A DNA stretch of 64,000 nt from an uncultured delta proteobacterium (GCA_963789395.1 CAWBKP010000006.1:37864-101863), one strand, 5' to 3'. Positions 41,525 to 52,264 are shown, numbered from the stretch's first letter. The notes: a model not told the origin generated them from the letters alone. A program made the numbers and translations.

Positions 41525-41887
41525 TTACAGTGTCATCCCACATTCGACGTTTACCGGGTCAAGAACCCGTCTTTCCGGCCAATGGCAAGGTCACGCATGA
41601 TGAACACTCTACCATTTACCATCCGAATTGTAAAGTCTAAACACAATGGAAAGGGGTCGTATCGGTTTTCTTCTACAAGATATGGTAGAATGTGCGAATA
41701 AATCAAGAGAAATTGAAACAACCTTTGCAGTGCCGACCCCTCGCCTGCATGGCAGGAGCCGTCGGTTTCAACTTGACATCCGGGCTTACGGACGGTTATT
41801 GTTAGCAAATTTTCTGATTCTTCATGACCGCTGTCTTTTCATGGAGTCAATGCCAGAGCCGAAACCCGACCGATGAGGAGGAACCGC

Positions 41888-43978
41888 ATGTCAGTACCGA
41901 ATGGAATCGAAGCCTTACTCAGCAACCCGGATGTCCAGAAAATCACCAGCAAGATCAATCCGGAACTTGTCAATCACCGAAAGATGGCGCCTGTTCTGTG
42001 CGGGGTGTTTGGTTCTCCCGTCACCCGGCTGAAGGACAAAGACGGGTTTGTCTTTGACATCGACAGTGAGGCGAAAAAACAGCTTCCCAATATCATAGAT
42101 AATAAGGTTCAGACGGTTGAAGGCGTTGATGACCCTGACCCAGCGCTCCAGGAAGGTTACCGGAAACGCCGCCGGATCGGCATCGTCTTTTCCGGCGGGC
42201 CTGCTCCCGGCGGGCATAATGTTATTGCCGGGATCTTCGATGCAGCCAAAAAAGCCAATCCCGATACGCAGGTGTGGGGGTTTTTAATGGGGCCGGACGG
42301 GGTCATTGAAAACAGGTCCGTGGAGCTGACCGCGGAACGGGTCCGGCAGTATCTGAATCTGGGAGGATTCGGCATGATCAAAACCGGCCGGGCCAAGATC
42401 GACACCCCCAAAAAAATGTCCCTTTCCCGGGAAACCTGTAAAAACCTGGGCCTGAATGCATTGATCATCGTCGGCGGAGACGATTCCAACACCAATGCCG
42501 CCTTTATGGCCCAGGAATTCCACGATGACGGCATTCAGGTCATCGGGGTCCCCAAGACCATTGATGGCGATGTTCAGGTCCGGGACGCCACCGGCAAGGT
42601 TCTTTGCGCCGTTTCGTTCGGTTTCCATTCCGCAGCCAGGGCCTTTGCCCAGGAGGTCAGTAATTTGTGCACGGATTCCAGTTCAGACATGAAATACTGG
42701 CATATCTGCAAGGTCATGGGCAGAACGGCCAGTCATCTGGCCCTGGAAGTGGCCCTTCAGACCCACGCCAATATCACGCTGATCGGAGAGGACGTGGCGG
42801 ATTATGTCGACCATAAACGGATCGAAGCAGCCGATAAAGCCGGCACCGTTGATTATACGGCGTATGGCATCACGCTTCGACACCTGTCCCGGGTGGTTTG
42901 CGATGCCATTGTCCGACGGGCGGCGGTGGGGAAAAATTGCGGGGTGATGGTCATCCCCGAAGGCATCCTTGAGTTCATCAATGAAATTCAGGTGTTCATT
43001 ATCAAGCTGAACACCATTATCGGTGAATACAACCGCACCCACGACACGGATTTTCATTCGGATTTTCCGGTTCTGGAAGATAAAAGAGACTACCTGCGGC
43101 GACTGGCCAAGGCGCACCGGGAGAACAGCGACTTTTCGGTATGGAACACCCGCGATGATGATCTGTTCAACGACATTCCGGATTTTTTTCAGGAAGGGCT
43201 GCTGCTGGAGCGGGACAGTCACGGCAATTTCCAGTTTTCCCTGGTTGAAACCGACAAGGTGGTCATGGGGCTGGTAAAGGACTATCTCAATATCCTCAAG
43301 GAAAAAGGCGTCTACAAAATGGGGATCGAGCGCGAATATTACCGCAGAACACTTGTTGATGCGGGCATGGACCCGGATGTTTTCGGCCCGGTTCTGTTCA
43401 AGAATTATGACAATGCCATGTATCTTCTGGTCAAAGAGAGTATCATGTCTCTTAAAACCCTGAAGCAGGCCCTGATCAGGGCCAATCTAATGGAGGAAGA
43501 CCAGAAGATTCCGCCGGGAATCGAAAAGATTTATAGCAAATCCGTTCCCCAGTTCAAAACCCAGACCCATTTTTACGGATATGACGGCAGGGGAAGCATT
43601 CCCACGGAATTTGATTGCGTGTATACCTATAACCTGGGATGGACGGTATTCAGCCTGATTGCCAATGGCGCCACCGGGCAGATGGCCGCCATCCGGAACC
43701 TTGAGAAGAAATTTTCCGATTGGGAGCCGGTCGGCCTTCCCATTGCGCCGTTGATGCACCTTGAAGAACGGGTCGGCAGGCTGGCGCTGGTTCTGGAAAA
43801 AAGCCTGGTGGATGTGCGTTCGCCTGCGTTTCTCGTTGCAAAGGCGCTTCGGGAAAAATGGCTTGCCGCCACTCCCGGAGATGACGACTACCGGATCCCC
43901 GAACCGGTTCATTTTACCGGAAATGTGGATGACGACCGGCCGATTACCCTGCTGCTGAATGATATCGGCTGCAAGTAA
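41888..43978 (+). CDS. pfp: Pyrophosphate-dependent phosphofructokinase (long type)
   Basis: SGGPAPGGHN, GGDDSNT, PKTIDGD, MGRTASH, YGYDGR; GAGGAGG before ATG 41888. Confidence 0.9.
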   Translation: MSVPNGIEALLSNPDVQKITSKINPELVNHRKMAPVLCGVFGSPVTRLKDKDGFVFDIDSEAKKQLPNIIDNKVQTVEGVDDPDPALQEGYRKRRRIGIVFSGGPAPGGHNVIAGIFDAAKKANPDTQVWGFLMGPDGVIENRSVELTAERVRQYLNLGGFGMIKTGRAKIDTPKKMSLSRETCKNLGLNALIIVGGDDSNTNAAFMAQEFHDDGIQVIGVPKTIDGDVQVRDATGKVLCAVSFGFHSAARAFAQEVSNLCTDSSSDMKYWHICKVMGRTASHLALEVALQTHANITLIGEDVADYVDHKRIEAADKAGTVDYTAYGITLRHLSRVVCDAIVRRAAVGKNCGVMVIPEGILEFINEIQVFIIKLNTIIGEYNRTHDTDFHSDFPVLEDKRDYLRRLAKAHRENSDFSVWNTRDDDLFNDIPDFFQEGLLLERDSHGNFQFSLVETDKVVMGLVKDYLNILKEKGVYKMGIEREYYRRTLVDAGMDPDVFGPVLFKNYDNAMYLLVKESIMSLKTLKQALIRANLMEEDQKIPPGIEKIYSKSVPQFKTQTHFYGYDGRGSIPTEFDCVYTYNLGWTVFSLIANGATGQMAAIRNLEKKFSDWEPVGLPIAPLMHLEERVGRLALVLEKSLVDVRSPAFLVAKALREKWLAATPGDDDYRIPEPVHFTGNVDDDRPITLLLNDIGCK

Positions 43979-44115
43979 AGACAGCGGCCGGACATTCGGG
44001 CTGACTTTTGGAATTTTGAATGTGTATCGGATTTTGATATGCGGCTTTTTCTTGAACGGTCGTTTCATTCAGGCAATAGCTAAAGGATTGGCGTCTTACC
44101 GGAGAAACGATGTGA

Positions 44116-44688
44116 ATGGAAATTCATATGGATGAGTCTTCATTAAAAGGGCAGTTTCTGATTGCCATGCCGAACATGACGGACCCGAATTTTTTTCAGA
44201 CCGTTGTCTGCATCTGCGAACATACGCCGCAGGGAGCTGTCGGCATTGTTGTCAACCGGCCCCACCCCTTTCTGATGGAAAAGGATATTTTTGATGAACT
44301 CAACATTGAAACCATCCCGGACAAGACCCCGGTCCCTGTCCATACCGGCGGCCCGGTTCTTTCCGGTGAAATATTCGTGCTGCATGGAAAGCCGTTTGGC
44401 TGGAAAGGCTGTTTGATGGTCACCCCGTCCCTGGCCATGAGCAATACGCTGGATATCCTGCAGGAAATTGCCAGGGACAAGGGACCAAAATCGTATATCA
44501 TATCGCTGGGGTGTGCGGGCTGGGGGCCGGGACAGCTGGATGATGAAATCAGGGAAAATGTCTGGTTGACCAGTGCGGTGTGGGAGGCGATTGTTTTTGA
44601 TATCAATACCGAAAATCGGTGGGATGCTGCATTGAAGAAAATGGGAATTGATCCGCTGCTGCTGTCTGCGGCGGCAGGACATGCATAG
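44116..44688 (+). CDS. YqgE/AlgH family protein
   Basis: LIAMP.M.DPNF, GGPV, LGCAGWGPGQL..E, C-terminal GHA. Confidence 0.92.
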   Translation: MEIHMDESSLKGQFLIAMPNMTDPNFFQTVVCICEHTPQGAVGIVVNRPHPFLMEKDIFDELNIETIPDKTPVPVHTGGPVLSGEIFVLHGKPFGWKGCLMVTPSLAMSNTLDILQEIARDKGPKSYIISLGCAGWGPGQLDDEIRENVWLTSAVWEAIVFDINTENRWDAALKKMGIDPLLLSAAAGHA

Positions 44689-44691
44689 CAC

Positions 44692-44862
44692 TTATGGCTG
44701 TTCGTCAGTCTCTTCCGCGGAATCCTCCCTGTTTTTGGATTTAGGCTTTTTTTTCTTCAGGCAGACCCGGTCTTTTCTGACAAATGCACAGAGCTTTGGA
44801 TTGTAATATTCTTTGCAGTTCAAGGGATTGTACAGCGGACATTCAGGATTTTTTTCCGACAT
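44692..44862 (-). CDS. 56-aa four-Cys small protein (not in ORF track)
   Basis: MSEKNPECPLYNPLNCKEYYNPKLCAFVRKDRVCLKKKK...; GAGGGGG RBS upstream. Confidence 0.6.
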   Translation of the reverse strand: MSEKNPECPLYNPLNCKEYYNPKLCAFVRKDRVCLKKKKPKSKNREDSAEETDEQP

Positions 44863-45342
44863 CGGTTTTCCCCCTCAAGATCATATTCCGGATTCAATAT
44901 CATAAACGCACGGATTTTACAAGATATTATGTCTGACAGCATCGTAAATAAGTCCGATATCTGCGTAATGCCGCATTCTTTGTAATTGACGAATGGTCTG
45001 TGTATTTCATTCGGCGAAGCGTGACGCCAAAAGCGCCGGTGCGGACCGCCAAGATCCCGTATCAAGTTCTGCAGGACATGAAAAAATTCGGGATGTCCAA
45101 ATATTCAAACGTTTTGACAATGAATCAAATACCATGTAGTTTACTTAATTTGTGCGTTTTTGGCGGCCAATAACCGGCCGGTCATCGACCAAATCTGAAT
45201 TCCCTTTGAAAACGGGGGCAGATGGGATTTCAGAAGGCAAATCAGAAGAATAATCCATATCGATCTCCTTTTTTATACTGGAGAGATTCTCATATTCAAG
45301 CACGGCGGAAGGATTCGGATTTTATTATTCGGATAACATTGA

Positions 45343-47616
45343 TTGATGCGTTCATTTCATATGCTTAAAGAAGAGATGCTGAATGCTGCCGGAAACATGG
45401 CGGATCTGTTAACCACGGCCCGTGGCATTCCGGGGCTCTCCGGAGCCATTCGAAGCGATTGGGAAAAAATATGCCACCAGATATCGCGCTCGATTTCCGA
45501 GGACTGGGTGCGGGTGGCGGTGGTCGGATCCATCAAATCCGGAAAAAGCACGTTCATCAATGCATTTTTAAAAGGGGATTATCTCAAGCGGGGCGCCGGG
45601 GTTGTCACCTCCATTGTCACGCGGGTCCGTAAAGGCCAGGGACTGAAGGCAACGCTTACTTTCAAGTCGTGGGAAGAGATTCACTCGGATCTGGAGCATG
45701 CCATGGTGCTGCTGCCAACGATGCCGGTCGCCTCCGAATCCGCATCCTTTGACTTCCGCCAGGCCGCCAGCCGCTCCGCGCTCCAGACAGCACTGGCGGC
45801 TCTGGGTCCGGACCGGCTGATCAGCAACGGCACGCGAAACGAAAGCAGCGTGATGATGGCCTCCTACCTGAAAGGCTTTGAAAGCGTCAAGGACATTATT
45901 TCGACCGAGACCGTGGTTCAGCACTACGAAGATGAAGCCTTTGCCCGTCACCGCGATTTTGTCGGCAACGATTCCCTGGCGGTGTATTTAAAGGATATCG
46001 AGATTGAAATCAACGCCGATATCCTGGACAGCAACCTGGAGGTGGCCGACTGTCAGGGCAGCGATTCCCCCAACCCCCTTCACCTGGCCATGATACAGGA
46101 TTATCTGCTGCTGACCCACCTGATCATTTATGTGATCAGCAGCCGAACCGGCCTGCGGCGGGCGGATATTCGCTTCCTGTCCATGATCCAGAAAATGGGT
46201 CTTGCGGAACATATCCTGTTTGTCGTTAACTGCGATTTCAGCGAGCATGAATCGGTTGACGGCCTTCTGCCGCTCATCGAACGCATCCGGGAGGAAATTT
46301 CGGTGATCAAGCCGTCCCCCCGGCTCTATACCTTGTCCTCCCTGTACAATCTCTTTGGGAATACCGAGTCCGACCTGAGCGAAAAAGACCGCATGCGGCT
46401 TCTCCAGTGGCAGGAAGAACGGGATTTTGCGGCGTATTCCGATACGGAAACCCGTCGGTTCATGACTGACTTTGAAGATATGCTGCTTCATGAACGCTAT
46501 GTGCTGCTGCTTCGAAACCCGGTGGAGCGCCTGGCGGTGATTTCGGCGAGTGTGGACCACTGGATCGAACTGAATCTGGAGTTGCTCAACCGGGATTCCG
46601 CCAGTGCCGATGACATGCTGGAAAAAATAAATCGCCATCAAGCCAGAATCCTTCAGCTCAAAACCATGATGAAAAGCACCTTGGATGGGGCGCTGCAAAA
46701 AATCAGGCAGGACCTGAAAACGGATGTGGACCGGTTTTTCGACATCCGCACCGGGGAGGTTTTTGTCGGCATGCTGCGGTTTATCCGACAATATGCGGTG
46801 GCTGTCGATCCGTTTCAGGAAAAAACCCCGAAAATCAGCTTTACCCAGACCCTTTTCCTGGTGTTTCAGGAATTCAAGCACAGTCTGGATACGTTTTTAA
46901 CGGAATCCACGATGCCGGAGGTAATTCGTTTTGTCAGGGAAGAAGAGGCCAAGATTGCCGCCTACCTGCTGACGATCGCAGCACCTTACGACGGCCTGTT
47001 GCAGGACGCTCTTTCCGACTACCGCACGTCCATGGGCAGTCTGGGATTTACACCGGGCAGGGACAAAATGGATTCCATCCGCATTCCGGATCTGGATGCC
47101 GTTAAATCCCGATATAGGCTTCGACTGCCGTCTTCCGGTGTCACGCTGCGATATTCCGCGCGCATCAAAACCGAAGCGGTCGTGAAGTTGGGGTGTTATA
47201 CGTTTGTGACGCTCGTGAAGCGACTGTTGAAGAAAACGATTCAAAACAGGCAGGAAGATGAAATGCATGCCCTGATAGACGGCGTGGATCGCATGAAACG
47301 GGAAACCGAACGCTCCATTGTCTCGCATTTCAAGGATTATCGTGAAAATCTGAAATTCCAGTATATTTATAAACTTGCGGACGCGGCCTTTCAGTCGCTG
47401 CTGGAATGTCTGATGGCGCACTTTGATGCCTATTCCACGGACATTTCCCGGATCACCCAGTGGGCGGATGGTCACCAGAGCGATAAGGAATCGGTATCCC
47501 GGAGCCTCCATGACATACGGCTGAAGTCTCGCCAGATCGCCGACCAGCTTAAACGCATCCGGGAGCAGATGGACGGCGGCGAATCGGTTGTATCCCGGCA
47601 GGACGCTGAAAAATGA
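45343..47616 (+). CDS. Bacterial dynamin-like GTPase
   Basis: VAVVGSIKSGKSTFINA, GVVTS, DCQG, FVVNCD; long helical C-terminus. Confidence 0.8.
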   Translation: MMRSFHMLKEEMLNAAGNMADLLTTARGIPGLSGAIRSDWEKICHQISRSISEDWVRVAVVGSIKSGKSTFINAFLKGDYLKRGAGVVTSIVTRVRKGQGLKATLTFKSWEEIHSDLEHAMVLLPTMPVASESASFDFRQAASRSALQTALAALGPDRLISNGTRNESSVMMASYLKGFESVKDIISTETVVQHYEDEAFARHRDFVGNDSLAVYLKDIEIEINADILDSNLEVADCQGSDSPNPLHLAMIQDYLLLTHLIIYVISSRTGLRRADIRFLSMIQKMGLAEHILFVVNCDFSEHESVDGLLPLIERIREEISVIKPSPRLYTLSSLYNLFGNTESDLSEKDRMRLLQWQEERDFAAYSDTETRRFMTDFEDMLLHERYVLLLRNPVERLAVISASVDHWIELNLELLNRDSASADDMLEKINRHQARILQLKTMMKSTLDGALQKIRQDLKTDVDRFFDIRTGEVFVGMLRFIRQYAVAVDPFQEKTPKISFTQTLFLVFQEFKHSLDTFLTESTMPEVIRFVREEEAKIAAYLLTIAAPYDGLLQDALSDYRTSMGSLGFTPGRDKMDSIRIPDLDAVKSRYRLRLPSSGVTLRYSARIKTEAVVKLGCYTFVTLVKRLLKKTIQNRQEDEMHALIDGVDRMKRETERSIVSHFKDYRENLKFQYIYKLADAAFQSLLECLMAHFDAYSTDISRITQWADGHQSDKESVSRSLHDIRLKSRQIADQLKRIREQMDGGESVVSRQDAEK

Positions 47617-47727
47617 AAAACGGATATACAGCGGGACATCCGTGGGTGATGTGCGTTTACGACACAACAGGCGGCCTGGAAAAATCCAGCAGCCGCCTGT
47701 TGTATTACCGACCGGCACGGCAAATCG

Positions 47728-47916
47728 CTATGCGCCGGGTTTTTTGTCGTCTTCGATCTTGTCCGGTTCTTTGGAATTCTGATCCTTTGTTGCTTCCTTG
47801 AAATTCTTGATGGCTTTTCCGATGCCCCCACCGATTTCCGGAAGCTTGCCGGCCCCGAAAATAATCAGGATGATAACCAGAATTACGAGAAGTTCGGACA
47901 TTCCCAGACCAAACAT
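47728..47916 (-). CDS. tatA: Twin-arginine translocase TatA/E
   Basis: [35 protein letters not shown]. Confidence 0.95.
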   Translation of the reverse strand: MFGLGMSELLVILVIILIIFGAGKLPEIGGGIGKAIKNFKEATKDQNSKEPDKIEDDKKPGA

Positions 47917-47925
47917 ATACGCCTC

Positions 47926-48342
47926 CTATTCGTCAAATCGGTTCTGCTTCAACTCCTGCAGGAGCTGAAAAAATTCGGGGGTTTTCAAATAGCGATCCGT
48001 TGCGGCCTGATAGTCGATCCACCTTCTCCAGCTTTCGAACCAGGCATCGTTATGCCAGTAACAGGACGGATCCCCGCCGCCTTTCAGTCGATTGACGAAA
48101 TCCCGGTATTCATCCTGGCAGCTCTCGCAGAACCGGTAGGGAACGCCGACGGAATGATCGTGATCTATGCGCGTATCCGGGCCGGGTTCGGTATGTACGC
48201 CGCATTTTTCGCATTTCTGGGAACAGCGGGTGCACTGAAAGACTTTTTGAACCGCCAGAATCTTTCGTTTCCGAATCAGCGCATCCCGTTTGTCCTGAGA
48301 TAGCTGAAGTTTGGCGTTTAGAGAGATGATTTCTGCCATGGC
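47926..48342 (-). CDS. Hypothetical Cys-rich (probable Zn-binding) protein
   Basis: CTRC...CEKC...CESC motifs; likely start MAEIISL (approximate). Confidence 0.7.
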   Translation of the reverse strand, partial: AMAEIISLNAKLQLSQDKRDALIRKRKILAVQKVFQCTRCSQKCEKCGVHTEPGPDTRIDHDHSVGVPYRFCESCQDEYRDFVNRLKGGGDPSCYWHNDAWFESWRRWIDYQAATDRYLKTPEFFQLLQELKQNRFDE

Positions 48343-48571
48343 TGTATCGTTATCCCTGTTTAAGACAATTGTTTTGCTTCCCATCTGTCACAACTCTGTG
48401 ATTTTATATCACTCGGATGCCCTCCCTGTCAATGAGAACCCATCAGGTAAACCTGCGGTCAAGCAGGGTCACTTAAGTATTGATTTTGAATAATGGAATG
48501 CGTATAAATCAACATATCTGCACTGTGATGGCGTCGAGACGCACGTGGCGTCATCCTAAAGGATTTACTGC

Positions 48572-49264
48572 ATGGTATATCAAAATCAAATCCAGGAAGC
48601 TGTTGAAGCCATTGTCAGTTCGATTCATCCGATATCTATCGTGTTGTTTGGTTCGGTGGCCAGGAAAGGGAAAGGCAACGATCTGGACCTGATGATCGTG
48701 ATTGATGAAAAGCAAGCCTCCGTTCCAGAAACCCAGATGGTGGTGCATCGATGTCTGGCCGGCTGTTACAGTCGGTTTGCCGTTGATCCATTTGTGGTGG
48801 CCTTGGATACACTGCATCGGGTATCGTCACGAAAAAGCCCGTTTTTGCGGATGATTGCCAGAGAAGGAAGGGTCGTTTACATGAAAGATGCTGATAGTGA
48901 ATGGATGCGCCAGGCCCAGGAAGAGCTGGAGATAGCCACCTACCTTTTTCAGGGAAAATACTATAAAGGATGCTGCTATCATGCCCAGCAAGCTTTGGAA
49001 AAAGGCATCAAGTCCAGGCTGTTGGGAAAGGGATGGGAACTGGAAAAAACGCACAGTATCGCACGCCTGGTTGCGATATGTCGGGAATTTAAGGTCCGGC
49101 TTAGCGTGAGTGACGAAGATATCGTTTTTATGGACAGTATTTACAGGGGACGGTACCCGGCAGAAGAAGGATTGCTGCCATTCCGAGAGCCGTCTGCATC
49201 AGATGCTGAAAAGGCAATCCATATTGTCATGAGGATTGTCAAAACCAAAAGAGGCAAAGCCTGA
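48572..49264 (+). CDS. Fused minimal nucleotidyltransferase (MNT) and HEPN domain protein
   Basis: LFGSVAR...DLDL; W...A..EL..A...CYHAQQALEK...KTHS...RYP in one frame. Confidence 0.85.
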   Translation: MVYQNQIQEAVEAIVSSIHPISIVLFGSVARKGKGNDLDLMIVIDEKQASVPETQMVVHRCLAGCYSRFAVDPFVVALDTLHRVSSRKSPFLRMIAREGRVVYMKDADSEWMRQAQEELEIATYLFQGKYYKGCCYHAQQALEKGIKSRLLGKGWELEKTHSIARLVAICREFKVRLSVSDEDIVFMDSIYRGRYPAEEGLLPFREPSASDAEKAIHIVMRIVKTKRGKA

Positions 49265-49332
49265 GTCCATGCAATTGTGACTGTTGACTTATATATTGAT
49301 GTACGTCCCCATATTATTATCGGAAACATGCT

Positions 49333-50079
49333 ATGAACTCCCAGATTGAAAGCGCAGCACGCGATCTGGCCGGCGCCGGCCGGGTGGTGGCCCTGACCGG
49401 CGCCGGTATTTCGGTGGAAAGCGGCATTCCCCCTTTTCGGGGAAAAGGCGGGCTGTGGGAAAAAATTGATCCCATGGAATACGCCCACATCGATGCCTTC
49501 ATAAAGGATCCGGCCAAAATCTGGCAGGTCCTGATCCGGGAAATGAAAACCGTTGTGGACAAGGCCAGGCCCAACAGTGCGCATTACGGACTTGCCCGGC
49601 TGGAGTCGCTGGGCATCCTGAAAACCATCATCACCCAGAATGTCGACGGGTTGCACCAGATGGCCGGAAACACGGATGTTATCGAGTTTCACGGAAATTT
49701 CGCCTGGCAGCGGTGCATGCAGTGCGATCACCGCCTGGAAACACGCCGGATCGATTTGGCTCAGATGCCGCCGCGATGCCGGTGCGGCGGCATCTTCAGG
49801 CCGGAATGCGTTTTTTTTGGAGAAATGATTGACCCCGATCACCTGAACCGATCCCGACAGGCAGCCTCAACCTGTGATGTCATGCTGGTGGTCGGCACCT
49901 CAGCCCTGGTTCAGCCGGCTGCATATATGCCCGTTATCGCCAAACGCAGCGGGGCAAGGGTCATCGAAATCAATGCGGAAAGAACGCCCCTGACCCGGGA
50001 TATCAGCGATCTCTTCATCCCGGGAAAAGCCGGAGAGGTCTTCGACCGACTGCTGCCGGAAATCGAAAAGCTGTGCTGA
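49333..50079 (+). CDS. cobB: NAD-dependent protein deacylase (sirtuin)
   Basis: TGAGISVESGIPPFRG, TQNVDGLH, HG, CxxC and CxC, GTS. Confidence 0.92.
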   Translation: MNSQIESAARDLAGAGRVVALTGAGISVESGIPPFRGKGGLWEKIDPMEYAHIDAFIKDPAKIWQVLIREMKTVVDKARPNSAHYGLARLESLGILKTIITQNVDGLHQMAGNTDVIEFHGNFAWQRCMQCDHRLETRRIDLAQMPPRCRCGGIFRPECVFFGEMIDPDHLNRSRQAASTCDVMLVVGTSALVQPAAYMPVIAKRSGARVIEINAERTPLTRDISDLFIPGKAGEVFDRLLPEIEKLC

Positions 50080-50097
50080 ACATGCATGTTCCATTGA

Positions 50098-50186
50098 CTC
50101 CCCCCCTTTTGGAAAAGGGGGCCGGGGGGGATTTCAGACGACCGACTTAAAAATCCCCCTCAATCCCCCTTTTCCAAAGGGGGAAG
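50098..50186. repeat. Doublet of CCCCCTTT-GGAAAGGGGG hairpins (REP-like family C)
   Basis: Two inverted GC hairpins; close copy at 52178-52264, degenerate copy near 45197-45285. Confidence 0.8.
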
Positions 50187-50302
50187 TAAGATTTTCCTGT
50201 TCGGGGGTGAATGCCTGAAGCATTCATAACTGTTTTCAATGCCCTTTTAATGTTTTGTATAATAACGGGATACCCAGTCGTTTCCCATTTGCGGAGAATC
50301 AC

Positions 50303-50710
50303 ATGTCCACGTTTTCTGAAAAAAAACCATCCATTGTCCCGGAAACCCCGGAGCGCATTCAGGCCGATATCCTGGATCCCATCGACTATCAGTACCGGGA
50401 TCGAAGGGATATCGACATTACCATTTCCCAGCCGGAATATACATCGCTCTGTCCCATGACCGGGCTTCCGGATGTCGGCTGTATTACGATCCGGTACCGT
50501 CCGGACGTTCGGATCATCGAGCTGAAATCGCTGAAATACTACCTGCTGCAGTACCGAAATGTCGGTATTTTTTATGAACACATCGTCAACCGGATTCTGG
50601 ATGATCTGGTGCGGGTTCTGGCGCCCAAACGCATGGAAGTTTCCGGGGATTTTACGGCCAGAGGCGGTATCACCACATGTGTCACTGCGGTTTACGAGAG
50701 GACGCCATGA
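50303..50710 (+). CDS. queF: preQ0 reductase
   Basis: EYTSLCPMTGLPD, IELKSLKYY, FYEH, ARGG; GGAG before ATG 50303. Confidence 0.92.
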   Translation: MSTFSEKKPSIVPETPERIQADILDPIDYQYRDRRDIDITISQPEYTSLCPMTGLPDVGCITIRYRPDVRIIELKSLKYYLLQYRNVGIFYEHIVNRILDDLVRVLAPKRMEVSGDFTARGGITTCVTAVYERTP

Positions 50711-51642
50711 GACTTCGAACCGGGAAAAAAATTCCGGGACTGTTCCTGCTGCTGGCAGCCGCTTTATTGTGTGGTTGCGGCACGTTTTCGAATTTGACTA
50801 AATCTACTGAAAATTTCGTTCGGGATTTCAAGGCGCCGGACAGCGATTTGAAGAAAACGGTTTTCAGGGTCGAATTGAACAACCAGCTTATCTCGGCCAA
50901 ACAGGATTTGGGTGCAGCGATTGACAGCAGTTATCTTGAGAGTCTGCCGCAAACCTGCTCCAATCTTATTTTCTTGGGGACTGAGAATGTGGAGGCATCC
51001 CGGGCGCTGAACCCGCTTTTTCAAAAATCCGTCGGCCAGTTGGACAACCTGGCCTTGATCCGGATCGGAAAGCAGTTCGGCATAACGGCAGTTGTAAGCA
51101 GCCGCTTTTCCGCTATTGCGGTTCGGCAGCAGGATACGGGATTTCTGTGGTTTCTAAAAAAGCGTCCCTTTGCGTGGATCAGCGCCAGCACGGAAGTCTA
51201 CGATCCGGAAACCGGCGCCAAATATCTGGATAAAACCTTTACCCGCGAACTGAAATTGAGCGATGAAGATGCCGAGAGCATTCGAAACGGGAACGTCAGC
51301 GCCGTGCCGGCGGTTGAAAAGGCGGTTTTCGAGATCATTCAGAAGATGGCGGATGCCGTTTGCGATGTGCTCATTCGAAATCCCTGGAAAGGATATGTTG
51401 CAAAGGTGTCGGGAGAAACCTTGACCCTTTCCTCCGGCAGCCAGTCAGGTCTGACTGCCGGTCGCGTGCTGAAGGTTTACGAACCGGGGGCCAAGATTCA
51501 GGGCACTTCCGGCCAGACATTCCTGCTCCCCGGAAAACAAATCGGAGAAATACGGATCACCTCTGTTTCTTCAGACAGTGCCGAGGCTGTGGTAACTTCG
51601 GGCGGCGGGTTTCAGGTAGATAATGTCGTCAAAACAAAATAA
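50707..51642 (+). CDS. Lipoprotein with FlgT-like C-terminus
   Basis: Lipobox LLCGC; PWKGYV...SGSQSGLTAG...IGEIRI; ATGA overlap with queF. Confidence 0.65.
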   Translation: MRLRTGKKIPGLFLLLAAALLCGCGTFSNLTKSTENFVRDFKAPDSDLKKTVFRVELNNQLISAKQDLGAAIDSSYLESLPQTCSNLIFLGTENVEASRALNPLFQKSVGQLDNLALIRIGKQFGITAVVSSRFSAIAVRQQDTGFLWFLKKRPFAWISASTEVYDPETGAKYLDKTFTRELKLSDEDAESIRNGNVSAVPAVEKAVFEIIQKMADAVCDVLIRNPWKGYVAKVSGETLTLSSGSQSGLTAGRVLKVYEPGAKIQGTSGQTFLLPGKQIGEIRITSVSSDSAEAVVTSGGGFQVDNVVKTK

Positions 51643-51795
51643 ATATAGGGGACGTACATAAATCTATAAGTATTCAGGCCTTGCCATCGTTGCAATAATT
51701 TGATCCCTATGGAAGCCGTAAATAAACACGATAAAATTCCAGTCTGCGTATAGAGAGGTTGCGGCACCCAGAACTGATAAGCGTGAGATTACAAA

Positions 51796-52011
51796 ATGAA
51801 ACTAAAAGAAATCCTTTTTATCGTTGAAGAAGACCCAGAGGGCGGATATACCGCACACTCTCTCGGAGAGTCCATCTTTACGGAGGGCGACACGATAGAT
51901 GCGATTAAAATAAATATAAAAGATGCGCTGCGGTGCCATTTTGAACATAATCAGATTCCGATTTATGTTCGGTTACACATCGTCAGGGAAGAGCAATTCG
52001 CATATGCCTAA
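51796..52011 (+). CDS. HicB-like antitoxin
   Basis: EILFIVEEDPEGGYTA...IFTEGDT.D. Confidence 0.75.
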   Translation: MKLKEILFIVEEDPEGGYTAHSLGESIFTEGDTIDAIKINIKDALRCHFEHNQIPIYVRLHIVREEQFAYA

Positions 52012-52062
52012 AATTCCAAGAGATATCTCTCGGACGAAAACTTGCTCGAATTCTTATGAAAA
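52004..52062 (+). pseudogene. HicA toxin 5' remnant
   Basis: MPKIPRDIS...KLARIL overlaps the hicB-like stop, then is replaced by repeat DNA. Confidence 0.55.
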
Positions 52063-52177
52063 GTGATGCATGTTTGAAATATAAGATTTGAGAGTATGGC
52101 TGGTCGAACTTACGTCTGCCGAAACGAGGAAGGATGCAGCGCAACGCAGCATCCCGACGTTTTGCCGTGAAAATGCA

Positions 52178-52264
52178 TTCCCCCCCTTTGGAAAGGGGGG
52201 CCAGGGGGGATTTCGACGAACTACTGAAAAATCCCCCTCGATCCCCCTTTTGCAAAGGGGGAAG
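52178..52264. repeat. REP-like family C doublet
   Basis: CCCCCCTTTGGAAAGGGGGG...AAATCCCCCTCGATCCCCCTTTTGCAAAGGGGG; matches 50098. Confidence 0.8.

Noticed and set aside
41715..41775. Hairpin between smc and pfp as an ncRNA or riboswitch
   Set aside because: A single stem-loop with no family motif I can recognise
45343..50079. Anti-phage island (dynamin, HEPN, Sir2)
   Set aside because: The sirtuin is a typical Zn-binding CobB, and the genes are interleaved with tatA and queF; no recognisable defence operon
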